Shown: positions 23,891 through 36,959 of the stretch, one piece after another
Position numbering within the stretch: the stretch's first letter is position 1
Layout: each line of letters starts with the position of its first letter
Origin: Nemertoderma westbladi
Taxonomy: Eukaryota; Animalia; Xenacoelomorpha
Assembly: GCA_032718475.1 (NCBI GenBank)
Contig: JAUCBJ010008665.1
Span: 1-64,000 of the forward strand
DNA length: 64,000 bases
Reading direction: 5' to 3'
Program-made: the position numbers and the translations under genes
Notes under the pieces: model-generated
The model's database searches: none
Seen by the model: the letters and a program-made list of their open reading frames with translations, nothing else
Told to the model about the DNA's origin: nothing

Positions 23891-25323
23891 ATCGATAAAA
23901 TATAGGCGACATTCCTCAAATGTGGACTTAGTCTAAACAAAAATACCCTGAATTTGCTGGTACTAGCGATGTTATAGAAAAGCCCCTAATAGGGGGTCTG
24001 GTAACTCCATAAATTACTGACTCTGAGGAAATACAAATTGGAGGTTGACCAAAATATTTGAAAATACATTCAGAATTCTGGGATCCTCCAGCGTTCTCTT
24101 CAAGAAATTTGACGGTGTGTTTCAACCAGTATTGTCATGTAACAACAACGACTTCAAGAAAGGGATTCCAGAATATCTATCTGGCTGGGTCTTGGACTGC
24201 TACTAGTGCCGGATACCGAACGGGAGGTAATACAGTGTCTCCGAGATTAGGGGGCCTGTATTTAATGCTGTAGGAGACAGATGATGGTTCCTGATCTGGA
24301 CTTTAGGGAAAACTAACTTCTTGTATTTTCTTCCATGTATAATAATACCAAATATATCACAGGTAACAGACAGTTAATCAGTAATGGATCAATCTCTAAG
24401 CCCAATGTGATGCACAAAGAACTTGGGTCTAAATAGGTACCAAACATACGGCTACACTAAGGTGCAATCTATACAGTAAAACTTATGGGCCTACTATCTC
24501 AACAGAAGATATTAGTAACACTGAAGATATTTTATGGTAACACTGTGTATCACTTACATACGGAGAGATGAAGTAATTGATCTATCCTGATTGGTCAGGG
24601 TAGGTAGTTTACTATTGGTTCTGATAGCAATAACTTTAGTTAGAGTACAGCTGATTGGATGGGTTTGTTTGTTGTTAGCTAATAAGATGACTCCCTCTCT
24701 CCTAATTGTGGTAACTGGACATTGGGATGTTACCACTGTAGGTATCTATCTACACACAATACAATATGGGGGTGGTTTAATTCTTCCCCGTAGGTTGTAT
24801 GTAGACTCAACCAACAATATAATACTGAATACAATGGTTCTACTGTAACAAACTTGTAGATTGCGCAGTCACGTGCTACTAATTTAGTTCGAGCCGCAAG
24901 GGTTTCTGTTTGTCAGCTTGACCTTTGTAGCTGACAAACAGAGGTGTTAATTGTTTCCCATTTTTGGCTATCGACTGATAATGGTGACATATTGGTTTTT
25001 GGGTGCCGAAGTGTTCTCAGACATAGCTCCCGTAACAGAAATCTCATATTTTAATTTTAATATTTTACCACTCCCACGGGTTATTTAAATATGGTATTAT
25101 AATAGAATTAAAAATCAACTCAATGCCAAAAATAAAAATATACAGCTGCTCTATTTAGCAAAGTAATTTTCTTTTGTTGCACCAATAATAAATTTGATAT
25201 AATGTTAAATACTTTAATATTATAATTTTGGGATGAAATTACAATAATGTGAAACAAAGTTGCAAAGTAAATACTGTAGTGCATTTCAATAATTTTGGAA
25301 TTTAATGCTGCGTTTTATAATAT

Positions 25324-25959
25324 TTAACGCTCTCCGTACATTAGTACAATAAGGACCGCAACCAACTTCAACGAAGGAGCGACAATGTTGGAATCGCTCT
25401 CCGTAGCCAATTGGGTTGTAGTCGACTCCATTGTGGTCGTCGATTCTGTGACTCCTTCGTTCCATTGAATTTCGGAACACGGACCATCGAAACAACAGCG
25501 AAACTGGCAAACTTCGTATGTTGAGGAGAGATCAACTTTCAGCCAGTTGATTATAGCTAACGCTCTAACCGTGGTATCATCTCGATGCTTGTGACCCTCC
25601 TCAGGAAGAACAACTGTGAGCATGTAGGTGCATCCGCCTTCAATGAGGGGGACGCAACTCGAGTAGTGCTTGCAGACGTAATTACCTATCTCTATTGTGA
25701 TCTCCGCGTCATATTCCTGGGAATATCCTGTGAGCTTGACGGAAGTAACTGAGCATTTAGAACAGTTGTGTTCTACTGCATTACCCATTTGAACGATGTT
25801 GTTACTCTTTACAAACCTGTCTACCTTTTCTTCATAATATTTTTGTAAGTCAGCGTTGTCAGAAGTCAAATTCCAACTCCGTCCCTTAGGACAGGTTATG
25901 TTGAGAATAGCCATGGTTGTGTGAACTAAACTTATTAACAGAACGGATGTGATATGCAT
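25324..25959 (-). CDS. Secreted, probably GPI-anchored cysteine-rich protein, Ly6/uPAR (three-finger)-like, 211 aa
   Basis: N-terminal signal peptide, 10 Cys ending in CCFDGPCS (compare CCxxxxCN), a Thr/Ser-rich stalk and a hydrophobic C terminus. Single clean ORF. Confidence 0.7.
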   Translation of the reverse strand: MHITSVLLISLVHTTMAILNITCPKGRSWNLTSDNADLQKYYEEKVDRFVKSNNIVQMGNAVEHNCSKCSVTSVKLTGYSQEYDAEITIEIGNYVCKHYSSCVPLIEGGCTYMLTVVLPEEGHKHRDDTTVRALAIINWLKVDLSSTYEVCQFRCCFDGPCSEIQWNEGVTESTTTMESTTTQLATESDSNIVAPSLKLVAVLIVLMYGER

Positions 25960-26084
25960 TATATATAGAACTGCCTCAGGTAGATGTTAATTTAAATTCT
26001 ACAACAACCAAAATTATTAATGAAGCTTATTTGTTTTGGTTTATATTTTAATTTAGTTTACAATTTTGTTCATTAGTAATTTCT

Positions 26085-26250
26085 ACACTGTATCAAGTTT
26101 ACTTGACTGGCACACTGTGTAATAAATTTACATCACTGGTACACTGTATCCAGTTTCCATCACTGATACACTGTATCCACTTTACATCACTGGTACACTG
26201 TATTCAGTTTACATCACTGATACACGGTATCCAGTTTACATCACTGGTAC
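26085..26250. repeat. 27-bp tandem repeat, about 6 copies
   Basis: Unit TACACTGTATCCAGTTTACATCACTGG. Confidence 0.85.
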
Positions 26251-26251
26251 T

Positions 26252-27697
26252 ACTAGTATCGGCATGCTGCATTGCAGCTGCTTTTTTAAGAATGCTGTTC
26301 CGGCTTGTCGACAAAATTGCGCCGTCACAACTCCCTATCACCCATGACATTTGCTAGATCATCCGCATCTTCAAGGCCAGTGTCCTTTAAGATGCGTCTC
26401 AAGAAAGTCATGGGCTGTCCACCAAGCTTATTCACTCCATGAGGCTGCCAAAGTATAAGATTATGCACTGGCTGGTGCTCACGGCGAAAGCAATGTCCTG
26501 CAAAGCGGAGGCGATTTTGTTCTAGTGTCAAGCTTGGGGGAACCAATGGGACACCTCCAATGTTATATAGTGTCTGGTTGGAGATGTGTGCATTGTACTT
26601 GACACAATGAACCCGGCGTAGCATTCTTGTGAATGTGCCATCCAGAGATTTGGTGTACTCAGCAGTTAGAGCCCAGCATGGACTCCCATAGAGGAGTACT
26701 GGAACTACTGCTGCTCTAAATAATCGGACCTTAACCCTATCCATACCGGGGTACTTTAGACGCTCAAACTACCGGGGGAGACTTTTGGGGACGTAAAGTT
26801 TGGAAGCATATAACTTTGTGTGGTGTGATGATATTACTTTAAAGTAAAAAGTTTTAGATACAAAATTTATTCCTCTATCCAAATATGCCACACACTAATG
26901 CTCAAATATAATATTTATATACTATAATTATGTTTAAATTGATTTTAAATTGATATTAAATTGATTTAATTTTAATTTTCCCTCCTACAATAGTTCAGCA
27001 ATAATATGACAGTTTCAGAGACAGGTCAGTTTACGAGTCATTTTCATGGTCATAAATAATAATATGAAAATTAATTTTTTTTTAAGATAAAGAATAATAA
27101 ATTTTAGGAAAAGTAACGGAATTTCACTTGCAATAAATGTGGTTTGGCTTTGAACCAAGCAATCAAATAAAGTGCGTCTCCAAAAGCCCCCCCCCCCCGG
27201 TATGGATAGGGTTAAGTTTCCGATTAATTCTCGGTGACTTCCAAATCCTGGAAAGCCTATTCAAGGCTGCCCATGCCTTCCCCTTACGTATTCGAAGGTC
27301 CTCACCTGACTTCCGGATCCATGATCCCAGGTTACAGAAGTCGTCCACATGCTCAAGCATACCATCCTTTGAGCTTATGCTCATCCGATCAGAGACTTGC
27401 TGAGAACTTTCAAAGTTAACTGTCAAAATTTTGGTCTTTCTGGAGTTAATAAAAAGACCAACACTAGAAGCAGCATGTTCTAATGAGCTGAAGAGCCGTT
27501 GGGCTCCTTCTAGTGATTCTGAGAGTACTCCTAAGTCATCAGCACTCGACTTCTGGAGCCAGTAGGTGGAGTTATCATCACCCCATCATTATTATGATGA
27601 TCTAAGGCCATATAATGAAAGTATGCTGAACATACGTGAGCGGGAGACTGAATCAAAGGCCTTGAAGAAGTCAACAAAGATAACAGCCAGATGCCTG
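26252..27697 (-). mobile_element. RTE-like LINE, 3' part (degenerate RT), interrupted by a MITE
   Basis: FVDFFKAFDSV, ADDL, GLFINSRKTK, RIRKGKAWAALNRLSRIW, VLLYGSPCWAL and LRFAGHCFR motifs. Confidence 0.85.
26735..27211. mobile_element. piggyBac-like MITE (477 bp)
   Basis: 17-bp TIR CCCTATCCATACCGGGG and TTAA duplicated at both ends (26731-26734, 27212-27215). The paralogous LINE copy near 29926 shows the empty site GGACCTTAAGTTTCC. Confidence 0.92.
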
Positions 27698-28770
27698 TCA
27701 GGTCAGGTCAGGTCAGGTATTCTAGGTCATTGATCAAGAAAACTTGCCACCTCCATGCAGCATAAAGGAGGTGCCACCTGCAGCTGCATAGACCCTCTTA
27801 CTAGGACAAATCTGGTCCTGTAACTAGGACCCCCTTCGTTCTGGGATAAGGACGCCCTTGGTCCTGGATTAAGGACCCATATACTTGGCTGCGGGGGTAT
27901 ATGGCCTGGCCAGGCAGATGGTGATCTATCAATGACTGGTCAGGAGTAGAGTGTTTTCATGTCCACTCTGAGTGCACTTCACTGCGACCTGCACCTGGCA
28001 GCAGGGGTACAGGGCATGACCCAGCAGATGAGCTGCACAGCCAATGGTGGGTCATGTGCGCCAGAGTAGATATGGGTGATGGGCCTCATATCTGACTCCA
28101 CTGCGACACCCACCCTGTGGAATGGCAAACCAGGGTGTGGTATTTGCCCCGAGAGCTGACTCGGCAAAAAAGCACCCCCCCCCCCCAACCCCCACTGTGG
28201 ATTACATTAGTAATGCGGAGATCCAATCGGCCTCACAGGCGTCAGTTATCTCCTGACCGGCTGCCTGTCTCACCCCCTACTGGAGAGAGAGCAGCCAACA
28301 ATTCTTTGAGTCCCTTTCCTGATGAACTTTCTGGCCCAAACCCTGGGTCACCAGGGAGGCCAGATTGTGATGGGGAGACGGATTCTGGAGTTGGAGGATA
28401 CTCTCATGTTCCACCCCGACCAACAAGGCCATTGGTGAATCTGAGGCAAGTCACTAGACTAGCCTCAGTAAACACCCTAACACTCGGGTCCCCAATGCAA
28501 CAAGGTGAGCTGACTGCATTGGCAAATAAGCTTTCTCTTAACGCAGTGGGTGTTCAAGAGCACCGAATGCAGACTGGACAGACTGATGAGGTTCTGATTA
28601 AGGATATGGGGGGCGGTTGGCGACTCGCCCTCGCGTCAGCAGATGATAGTGGCAATGGTGGAATTGGTCTATTGATGAATCCAACTGCACATGCAGCATT
28701 GGACAAAATAGACCAAATCTCTAACCGCATCATCCGTTTCCACTTCTCATGTTCTGGAAGACTGGCTACG
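27698..28770 (+). mobile_element. LINE 5' part: UTR plus the start of an APE endonuclease ORF
   Basis: Begins with (GTCAG)n. ORF 28117-28806 has RLASVNTLTL, VGVQEHR, GGIGLLM and ISNRII, which are APE domain motifs. Confidence 0.75.
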
Positions 28771-29290
28771 CACACATTATTTTTCCCTTTATTCATCCTT
28801 ACATAAATTATTGTCTTATGCGTTGCGGCAATGTCCCCACAACGGTCTTAAAACCAATTCGCACAAAAATAAATAAACTTCTTCGTTGCATCAGGTTCAC
28901 CTACTATCGTAACTCTGCTACACCAATATATAAACAGTTAAAAATATTCGTCCCCTCAATAGTCAATATGTATGAATATCAATCATTTACTATTAATATC
29001 TATTCATTTATGTATAACATCCATTCAAACAGTATAAATCCCACATACGAACTTTCCAAACTATTTCAAAAACGTAACACAAGTCCCCTCACACTTTACC
29101 AGATCGGCACCCAGAAGTGACTTTACACTCCCCCTATTCCATTTTACTTCAATCCAACGGTCCCTGAGCTATCGCCTATCGGGGCTCTCATGTCTGGACT
29201 TGACTCTGCCCGACGAACTCAGGTGCAAGAAATCTAAATTTCTGTTCCAATCTCATCTTAAAAAAATACCTTTTCAATAACTTATAAAAT
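28771..29290 (+). mobile_element. CR1/L2-group LINE 3' fragment
   Basis: IHPYINYC..GN...LKP...KLLRCI....RNSATPIYKQLKI resembles the C-terminal region of CR1/L2-group ORF2. Confidence 0.55.
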
Positions 29291-29439
29291 ATTTTTTTAC
29301 GACTAATACTTTAATTTAACCAATAAATATAGTTCGACTCTGCTATTTATATTTCAAGCATTTCCTGTTTCTTAATAAATCTAAATCTTATTGTATTTAA
29401 ATTTTTTACTGTTTTAATTTCATCTCTAAATATTTGGTT

Positions 29440-30020
29440 ACTACAACTACTACTAGGAGCGGCATGCTGCATTGCAGCTGCATTTTTAAGAATGCTGTGC
29501 CGGCTTGTGGACAAAATTGCGCCGCCACAACTCCCTATCACCCATGACATTTGCCAGATCATCCGCATCTTCAAGGCCAGTTTCCTTTAAGATGCGTCTC
29601 AAGAAAGAAATGGGCGGTCCACCATGCTTATTCACTCCATGAGGCTGCCAAAGCACAAGATTATGCCTGGTCCTCACGGCGTAAACAATGTCCTGCGTAG
29701 TGGAGGCGGCTTTGTTCTAGTGTCAAGCTTGGGGGAACCAATGAGACACCTTCAATGTTATATAGTGTCTGGTTGGAGATGTGTGCATTGTACTTGACAC
29801 AATGAACCCGGCGTAGCATTCTTGAGAATGTGCCATCCAGAGATTTGGTGTCCTCAGCAGTTAGAGCCCAGCATTGACTCCTATAGAGGAGTACTGGAAC
29901 TACTGCTGCTCTAAATAATCGGACCTTAAGTTTCCGATTAATTGTCGCTGACTTCCAAATCCTGGAAAGCCTATTCAAGGCTGCCCATGCCTTTCCCTTA
30001 CGTATTCGAAGGTCCTCCTC
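29440..30020 (-). mobile_element. Second, 5'-truncated copy of the RTE-like LINE with a (TAG)n-like tail
   Basis: Near-identical to 26260-26734 joined to 27216-27300. Confidence 0.88.
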
Positions 30021-32054
30021 ACCTGATACCAGAACAGAAGGTGGAAACATCATAATTAGGAGCCCGCTCGACAGGCGGGATACTTGCTGTAAGAATCTCA
30101 GGATATATAACACTGACTGACTGACTGACTGATAATTATCTAGGTTCAGGCACTTCCTGCCTGTCGATTTTGTTGAAATTTTACAAGTACATTGCTTTGG
30201 TGGTTAATAATCGCGTTACAAAATATCAGATCAATTCAATGTGTGGTATTCGATATATTTCGTTTTTTTTTTAATAATAATTTTGTCGCGAAATTAAAAG
30301 CAATGGTAAAGTAACAACTCCTCCCTGAGCTGCAGCAGCTTTATAGCTGTGTAGGAATGGTTGAGTTCAGGGCTGCCTGAGATAGAATTCCATCAAGGCA
30401 GAATTTCTTGACTACACCCCTTCTGCTGCTGGCTGAGTCTACACATCCTTTATTAGCTCTCAGGGATAGACATAAAATAGTTGAGTTGTCAATAAACAAA
30501 ATAAAATATACCACTGCAGTAGAATTATATTATTATTATTCCACGAATCATTGGGCTGATTATTTTGTATAGGATATATGTAGAATGTTCTTAAAAATAA
30601 TATTCTTATTTTTTTTTATTACATAGGATTAGCATCATTTTTTAGCTGAAGCATTAATAGTGTAAATTAATTTAATTATATTTTAATACCATTACTACAT
30701 TGGCATACTGTAAGATAAGTTTTAACATTTTTTACAAATAGTGGTGCGAGCATAAAACTCAAATCACGCAAATTTAAAAGAACCGGGTGTGTTGTCATAG
30801 CAAAGTTTCATTTTTTATTATGTGGGACGAGCCACAAAGTCAGCTAGCCCCACGCCTTATAGTTTAGACAATTGTTTAGTTTAATTACTGCTGACCGACA
30901 AGGTTTATTTGTAATAGTCTTGTAAATAGGATTTTTCCCCCGGGCTCCTTCCAGCCAGCTTGCTGGCTTTCTAGTTACCAATATCAAAATAAACTTTGAG
31001 CACAACGTCAACTTTATTATATATTATATTTACAACATATCGCATAAAGCAATAATTTTTTATTTATTGTCTATTTTAACTTTTTACATATATAATGTAT
31101 TTTATCTTTCGAGTTGCAAGGCAATAACACACCCCCCCCCCCCCATCCCCCACCCCCAGGCGGCACTAGTATTTTACAGCTATTATTTGCGTACTGTGTG
31201 GTTCAAAATATATTATTTGTGTATTTTGTGTATTTGATATATTGTCTTAAAGGATAAATAAATAAAAGAAAATAAATAAATATTAGAAACCCAATAAGGA
31301 AATAAGTTAATGACGACTTTAAGTTTGTAGTTAAATTACAGAACTCTACGAATGAAATACACAAAGCATAGAGCTTTATTATTCACAAGAATTCTTTGTC
31401 ATTGATTTGGAACGATAGAATTGTAGTGTATGTAGAGCTTACTGTAGCAACAGGCTGTATAATATCCCATGTACCATAAGCATTGATGATGCTGGTGTCA
31501 CACAGAGCAACAACAACTCTACAGTTCCCAGAACAATCTCATTATCGACCACGGTGCCTTCTATATGAGTTTCTCTCTGTAAGTAGGATTGCATAATACT
31601 GTACAATGTAAGCTACACTATGTACATCATGTTACAATATAATGTACATCATGAACAATAAGCAAGTAGAATTACTTCATTAACTTAAGGCACAGTACAG
31701 TCAGTGTAGATACTACTGTGAGAATACATATTACATAGACGATAGAGCCGTAGTGTCTGATCATACCATGATATTCAATGGGCCTTTTTATGAAGGTAAA
31801 GCTACTGATTTCCTATTGCTATTATTCATAACTTACTTAACAAAATTTGTGTTACTCCCATTGTAAATGCTTATTTAAAGTACAAATATTTACAAAACCA
31901 AAGATCACCCGGAATAACGCAGGAATATGATATTATTGGTGACAACCCAGCCACGCATCCTAGATGCAACTCACCTTGGCGTCGGTGAGTTACAGGATAA
32001 CTTGGCCATCACGAATCAATTCGTCCAGCCGAGTCTGTTTGCCAACAAAGTGCT

Positions 32055-32870
32055 AAGGTTGAGGGAGGCCGTTCACCATATTCCCAGAAATCAGACAAAG
32101 TGCGAGGGTTGTTAAGGCCGTTCACCACATTCCCAGCACTCAGGCAAAGTGCGAGGGTTGTTGAGGCCGTTCACCATATTCCCAGAAATCAGACAAAGTG
32201 CGAGGGTTGTTGAGGCCATTCACCATATTCCCTGCACTCAGACAACGTGCGAGGGTTTTTGAGGCCGTTCACCATATTCCCAGCACTCAGACAAAGTGCG
32301 AGGGTTGTGGAGGCGGTTCACCATATTCCCAGTACTCAGACAAAGTGCGAGGGTTGAGGGTGGCCGTTCACCATATTCCCAGTACTCAGACAAAGTTTGA
32401 GGGTTATGGAGGCCGTTCACCATATTCCCAGTACTCAGACAAAGTGTGAGGGTTGTGGAGGCCATTCACCATATTCCCAGCACTCAGGCAAAGTGCGAGG
32501 GTTGTTGAGGCCGTTCACCATATTCCCAGTACTCAGACAAAGTGCGAGGGTTGAGGGAGGCCATTCACCATATTTCCGGCACTCAAACAAAGTGCGAGGG
32601 TTGTGGGAGTCCGTTTATCATATTCCCAGCACTCAGACAAAGTGCGAGGGTTGTTGAGACCATTCACCATATTCCCAGTACTCAGATAAAGTGCGAGGGT
32701 TGAGGGAGGCCGTTTACCATATTTCCGGCACTCAAACAAAGTGTGAGGGTTGTGGGAGGCCGTTCACCATATTCCCCACACCCAGACAAAGTGCGAGGGT
32801 TGAGGGAGGCCGTTCACCATATTCCCGGCACTCAAACAAAGTGCGAGGGTTGTGGGAGGCCGTTCACCAT
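32055..32870. repeat. 49-52-bp tandem array, about 16 copies, each with a hairpin
   Basis: Unit GAGGCCGTTCACCATATTCCCAGCACTCAGACAAAGTGCGAGGGTTGT, with a GCACT/AGTGC and CCC/GGG stem. Confidence 0.93.
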
Positions 32871-35800
32871 AGAATGGGGGTGTCGTGTCGGGAATACCGA
32901 ACCCGATACCCCTACGACATCGCCATTGACGTGTGCGACATAAGTGCGGATCCCAACGAGGAGATAGCGCGACTATACCATATGAATATGTATTTATCGC
33001 ACGATGAACCTCTACCCGCCGTTAGAGATCAATTTGACGGAATGCATCTTTACCGGAGGACCCGAGGCGAGGACGAGGAGACGCCAAAGGTTTTCGGCGT
33101 GTATAAGTTGTTCTATAAATGCAGCGAATGCATGAATAAACAAGATGTATCTATCCCCGATCGTCTGAACGAGCTGAATCCCGAACCGATACGTGGGGCA
33201 AAGCTCATCAGTTTCTTAGGAACAACGAAGGAGGTTGCACGATGAGTAATCCGATGATCAGCATCGATTTTAGCGGAAAGAGACCTCCGAGACCTGTTAC
33301 GCCGACCGTTACAACTTTGGATCCGTATACGGAGATTAAACCCCGTACGACTCCCGCTTTGATAGAAACGGCAGTGGCCATTTCACTCTACAGAGCATAT
33401 AAGGACCTAGAGGCGCGGCGCGAAGCGGCACGGAACTCTCGAGTCCCTGGTCCACATTCACTTCACCACACCAGGAGAGGAAGCTCACGCCTGAGCACCA
33501 GGACGAGATAGACGCGTTGCGGCAGGAAGAGCGAGCGGCAAAGGCGAAACAACTATTCATAGAGCTTATAGCTGAGTATAATAAGACTGCGGATAAACAC
33601 CAGGAAGAGACGAGAGGAGTTACTGGATTTATTCCACAGGCTGTATCTCAACCTAGACCGGTGTATTATTCCAGTGGAAACGAAGCTGCGATGTTGGTAG
33701 ATCACCCAGAGTCACGAGAAGCCATTCGATTCTTGCCTATGGTGACGTTGACGGATCATGGGAACGTCCACTACTTGAGGGAAGCCTTATGCGCGAGTTC
33801 CTGCGCAATGTTCTGATACAGATAACGGACTACGACCATTGGATAAGATTGGAGCTCCGGGGAAGGAGAATAAGTTATTCGGTTGGTTAGACAAATACAT
33901 AAAGGTATGGGTCGCTGTGGCAATGTTCCCAGACGACGAGGAGGTAGACCAGGCATGGTTGAGGAGGAAGGGTTCCTATACCCAGTACGACGACCCCAAG
34001 GCTATTGAGTGCATGTGGACCCAATCCAACGAGATTCAGCGCCAATGGAGAAAGACGGAGGAATCCTTGGAGGATTGGCGTCTAATGTTTTATGACAACG
34101 AGGGAGGGTCTCACCAGGAATGCTTGACCAGCAAATGTATTCAAGTTCGAGCAGCCGACGGCGTGACCCACGTGTTTATGCGCGTGAGGGCGGACCGGGA
34201 TAGACCGGAGCCCATTATAACGACACAATATAGGTGCGGGAAGGATCCCCAATAACATATCTTAGAGGTATGTGGGCGAGGGGGTATGCATGGAGCGGAG
34301 CGGATCGACGCTAGGATGTTACCCAAGAAGGTTTGGGAGGCGATCCTTAACCAAGATTATGTCAAGGTGGGATCAGGTGTCCAGAGTGATCTGGAGAGTG
34401 ATTTCAACAATATGGCGGACCCAGAGGATCGATTGCCATTCGTTGACACCAAGCTATTATTGCTATAGGCGCAGGACATTGGGATTTATAGGGAGTACCC
34501 CAATTCTGTTAAGACTGGTATGGGTTTTATATCGCATTTATTATATAATTGGGACTTCAAGTTAAAGATGCAGAAGAAATACAAGGAGGCGTACGGTGAA
34601 TATAACACGCCGCTGGGAGCTGAGTTCAAATCCCATTCCAAGCGGCAAGCGTTGGTATATTGGAACATCTGCGCACCACCCCGTGCTTCGTTGCAATATT
34701 ATTTGGTATTGGGGTCAAACACGGTAACTTGCCTAATTACGGACATAGTCGCAAGAGTTTTGAAGCGCCATCCGTTGGTATTTGGTGGAGAACAATACAT
34801 CAGATCGAAAGGGGGGAATTCAGTCTGACGTGATGAAGCTTTTCTTAACCCTTTCTTCAACCAATCGTTAGATAATACATCGATGGTCAGAAGAGGATTG
34901 GCGATATTCGAAGGAGTATACCGACAGAACATTGGAGACTTGGGAGATCGACCTTCCATGGAGTATCCGACGCCAGAGGCATTGGAGAAGTGGTTCGGGA
35001 ACCAAACCCACGGGTTTGGTACTCCCGTCCACTTGGATGCAGACAGACCCGTTAGAGAGAGGAAGGGAGACGGTTGGCCTGAGACGTTAGTAAAGGTGTT
35101 CGGAATGGATCTTCCGGTGGAGAAGACATATCCTAAACGGACGTGGGAGGAAATATTAGAGATTGAGGACAAAGGCAAGGATGTTTACTTTGTTCCAGAT
35201 CAGCAACCCTTAACCGGAGAGGATGACATTGTTCTAGATATTGGGAAGGAAGGAAGCGCAAAACCGATTGGAGACCTCATATATGACAGGGCTTGGTTAC
35301 CGCAAGCGCGTAGATGTAAGTTGTGCGGTAGCACGAGACACAGTCAGAAGATGTGTGACGCTGTTGTAGAAGCAGTGCACAAGGTTTGCCGTTGGTGTAA
35401 TGAGACCGACCATTCGTTTTATACATGTACCGTCTTCATTTCTCAGTGTGGATATTGCGGGGTGAAGGGACACCGTAGTTCGAAGTGTCAGCTGCGCGAC
35501 GACGCCTTTCAGAACCATAGCACCAACTTACTTCGAGAGATGTTGGATAAGTGGGAAGACGCGGCGGATTACCATATTCAGGCCCAGATGAGGTGGCTGC
35601 CGTTTAAGGCGGGTTACGGATTCTGGGCGGAGGATCCTTCACACGTGGCGTACGAGCCCTACCTACAGTCGTTACCTCAGTATCAAGAATTAATGCTATC
35701 CACTCAAGACCTTCCACGGAACACTGGAGTTGTGGTGATCAGGTCATACTTTAGACAGCCTAATATGGACATATAAATATACCTGGAATTTTATCGGTAT

Positions 35801-36430
35801 TTGCGATAGAAACACTAACGGAATATTCTCAGAGACAAGGAAGGTGGTGCACCCGCGAGGCGATTGGAGGGTGGCGGCCATCCAGTACAGGAACAAATTC
35901 CTGTTGACCCACGTTCGTCTAGGGTCATTGACCGCTGAACGAATAGTGGAGCAGCGGGCTGATGCGCCCACCGCAACAACAGCCGGAGCTCATGGCTCAT
36001 GGCAAGGAGCTGATGGAGTGGTCCTTAGTAAATGTCAAGCGAAAGACGCTCAATACCACGAAATCATAGACGCTTAGCAGCTGCAACGCAAAGCGCAGGG
36101 GATGTCCGAAAGGGCGCGCGTACAATTACAGAAGGAGGAGTTGGCGGAGGCGCCCGCAGCAACGTGGCTAATGGGATGAGGCCGAGGGAGGAGCATCAGT
36201 CGGGAACTAGTTGGCGCTCAAAAGTCGTCCTCATCGCTGGTCCCAGGAAGTGACGCCTCGAGAACGCCATCGTTGGAATCCACTGGAGGTAGACTAGTGT
36301 ATCTGGGAAGGGGGCGGAAAAGAGGAGCGAGCCCGAGAGACCCAGGAGCCAGCCGATGATGCCACATAACATCAAGGAGCGACAAACTATAAACATATAC
36401 ATCATCGTCGCTCTGATGTATATTGTAGGC
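32870..36430 (+). pseudogene. Decayed intronless coding region of unknown origin with three CCHC zinc knuckles (TE or viral relic)
   Basis: A chain of + strand ORFs broken by stops and frameshifts; 34883-35776 contains CKLCGSTRHSQKMC, CRWCNETDHSFYTC and CGYCGVKGHRSSKC. Confidence 0.55.
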
Positions 36431-36959
36431 TTTAATTATATATCCGACTGGACTCATATACACATATAGTCGTATTCGTTTTAAAATTTATTGAAGGACG
36501 AAGGCGGAAGGTGGCTCAGGAGGTGACTGGAGAGACAAACCTGCGGGTTTGGCTTACTCCTTTCACCTGCCTGAGCAATATTGCGTTTTTTATATTAAGT
36601 AAATGTCCGAAACGAAAGAAATTATTATCTAATTTTATATTTAGTTTGATTATCGGCCTTTAAACGCAATAATATTTAGTTAACCGAATTAGCCTTAATA
36701 GATTGTTAATTTGTAAATACATGCTGAAAGAAGCAATATTTGTGTAATTTAATTTGTATGTAATAATCATCATGCAATATAAATAGCAATATTTGTACGT
36801 ATTTATTATGACATGATTTATTAATTAATTACTTAATACTACAACAGGTTAACCAACAGTTTACAGTTTATATAAATATAATATATTTTGATCAAATTAT
36901 AGCACAACAAACAATGGCTAGTAACAATAAACAAAACCTACTGTATAAGTTGGTAGGAC

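Noticed and set aside
31375-31580. Possible terminal exon on the minus strand
   Set aside because: An acceptor-like site and AATAAA exist, but the frames are short and have no recognisable homology.
32055-32870. CRISPR-like array
   Set aside because: Units are contiguous with no unique spacers, there are no cas genes, and the context is eukaryotic.
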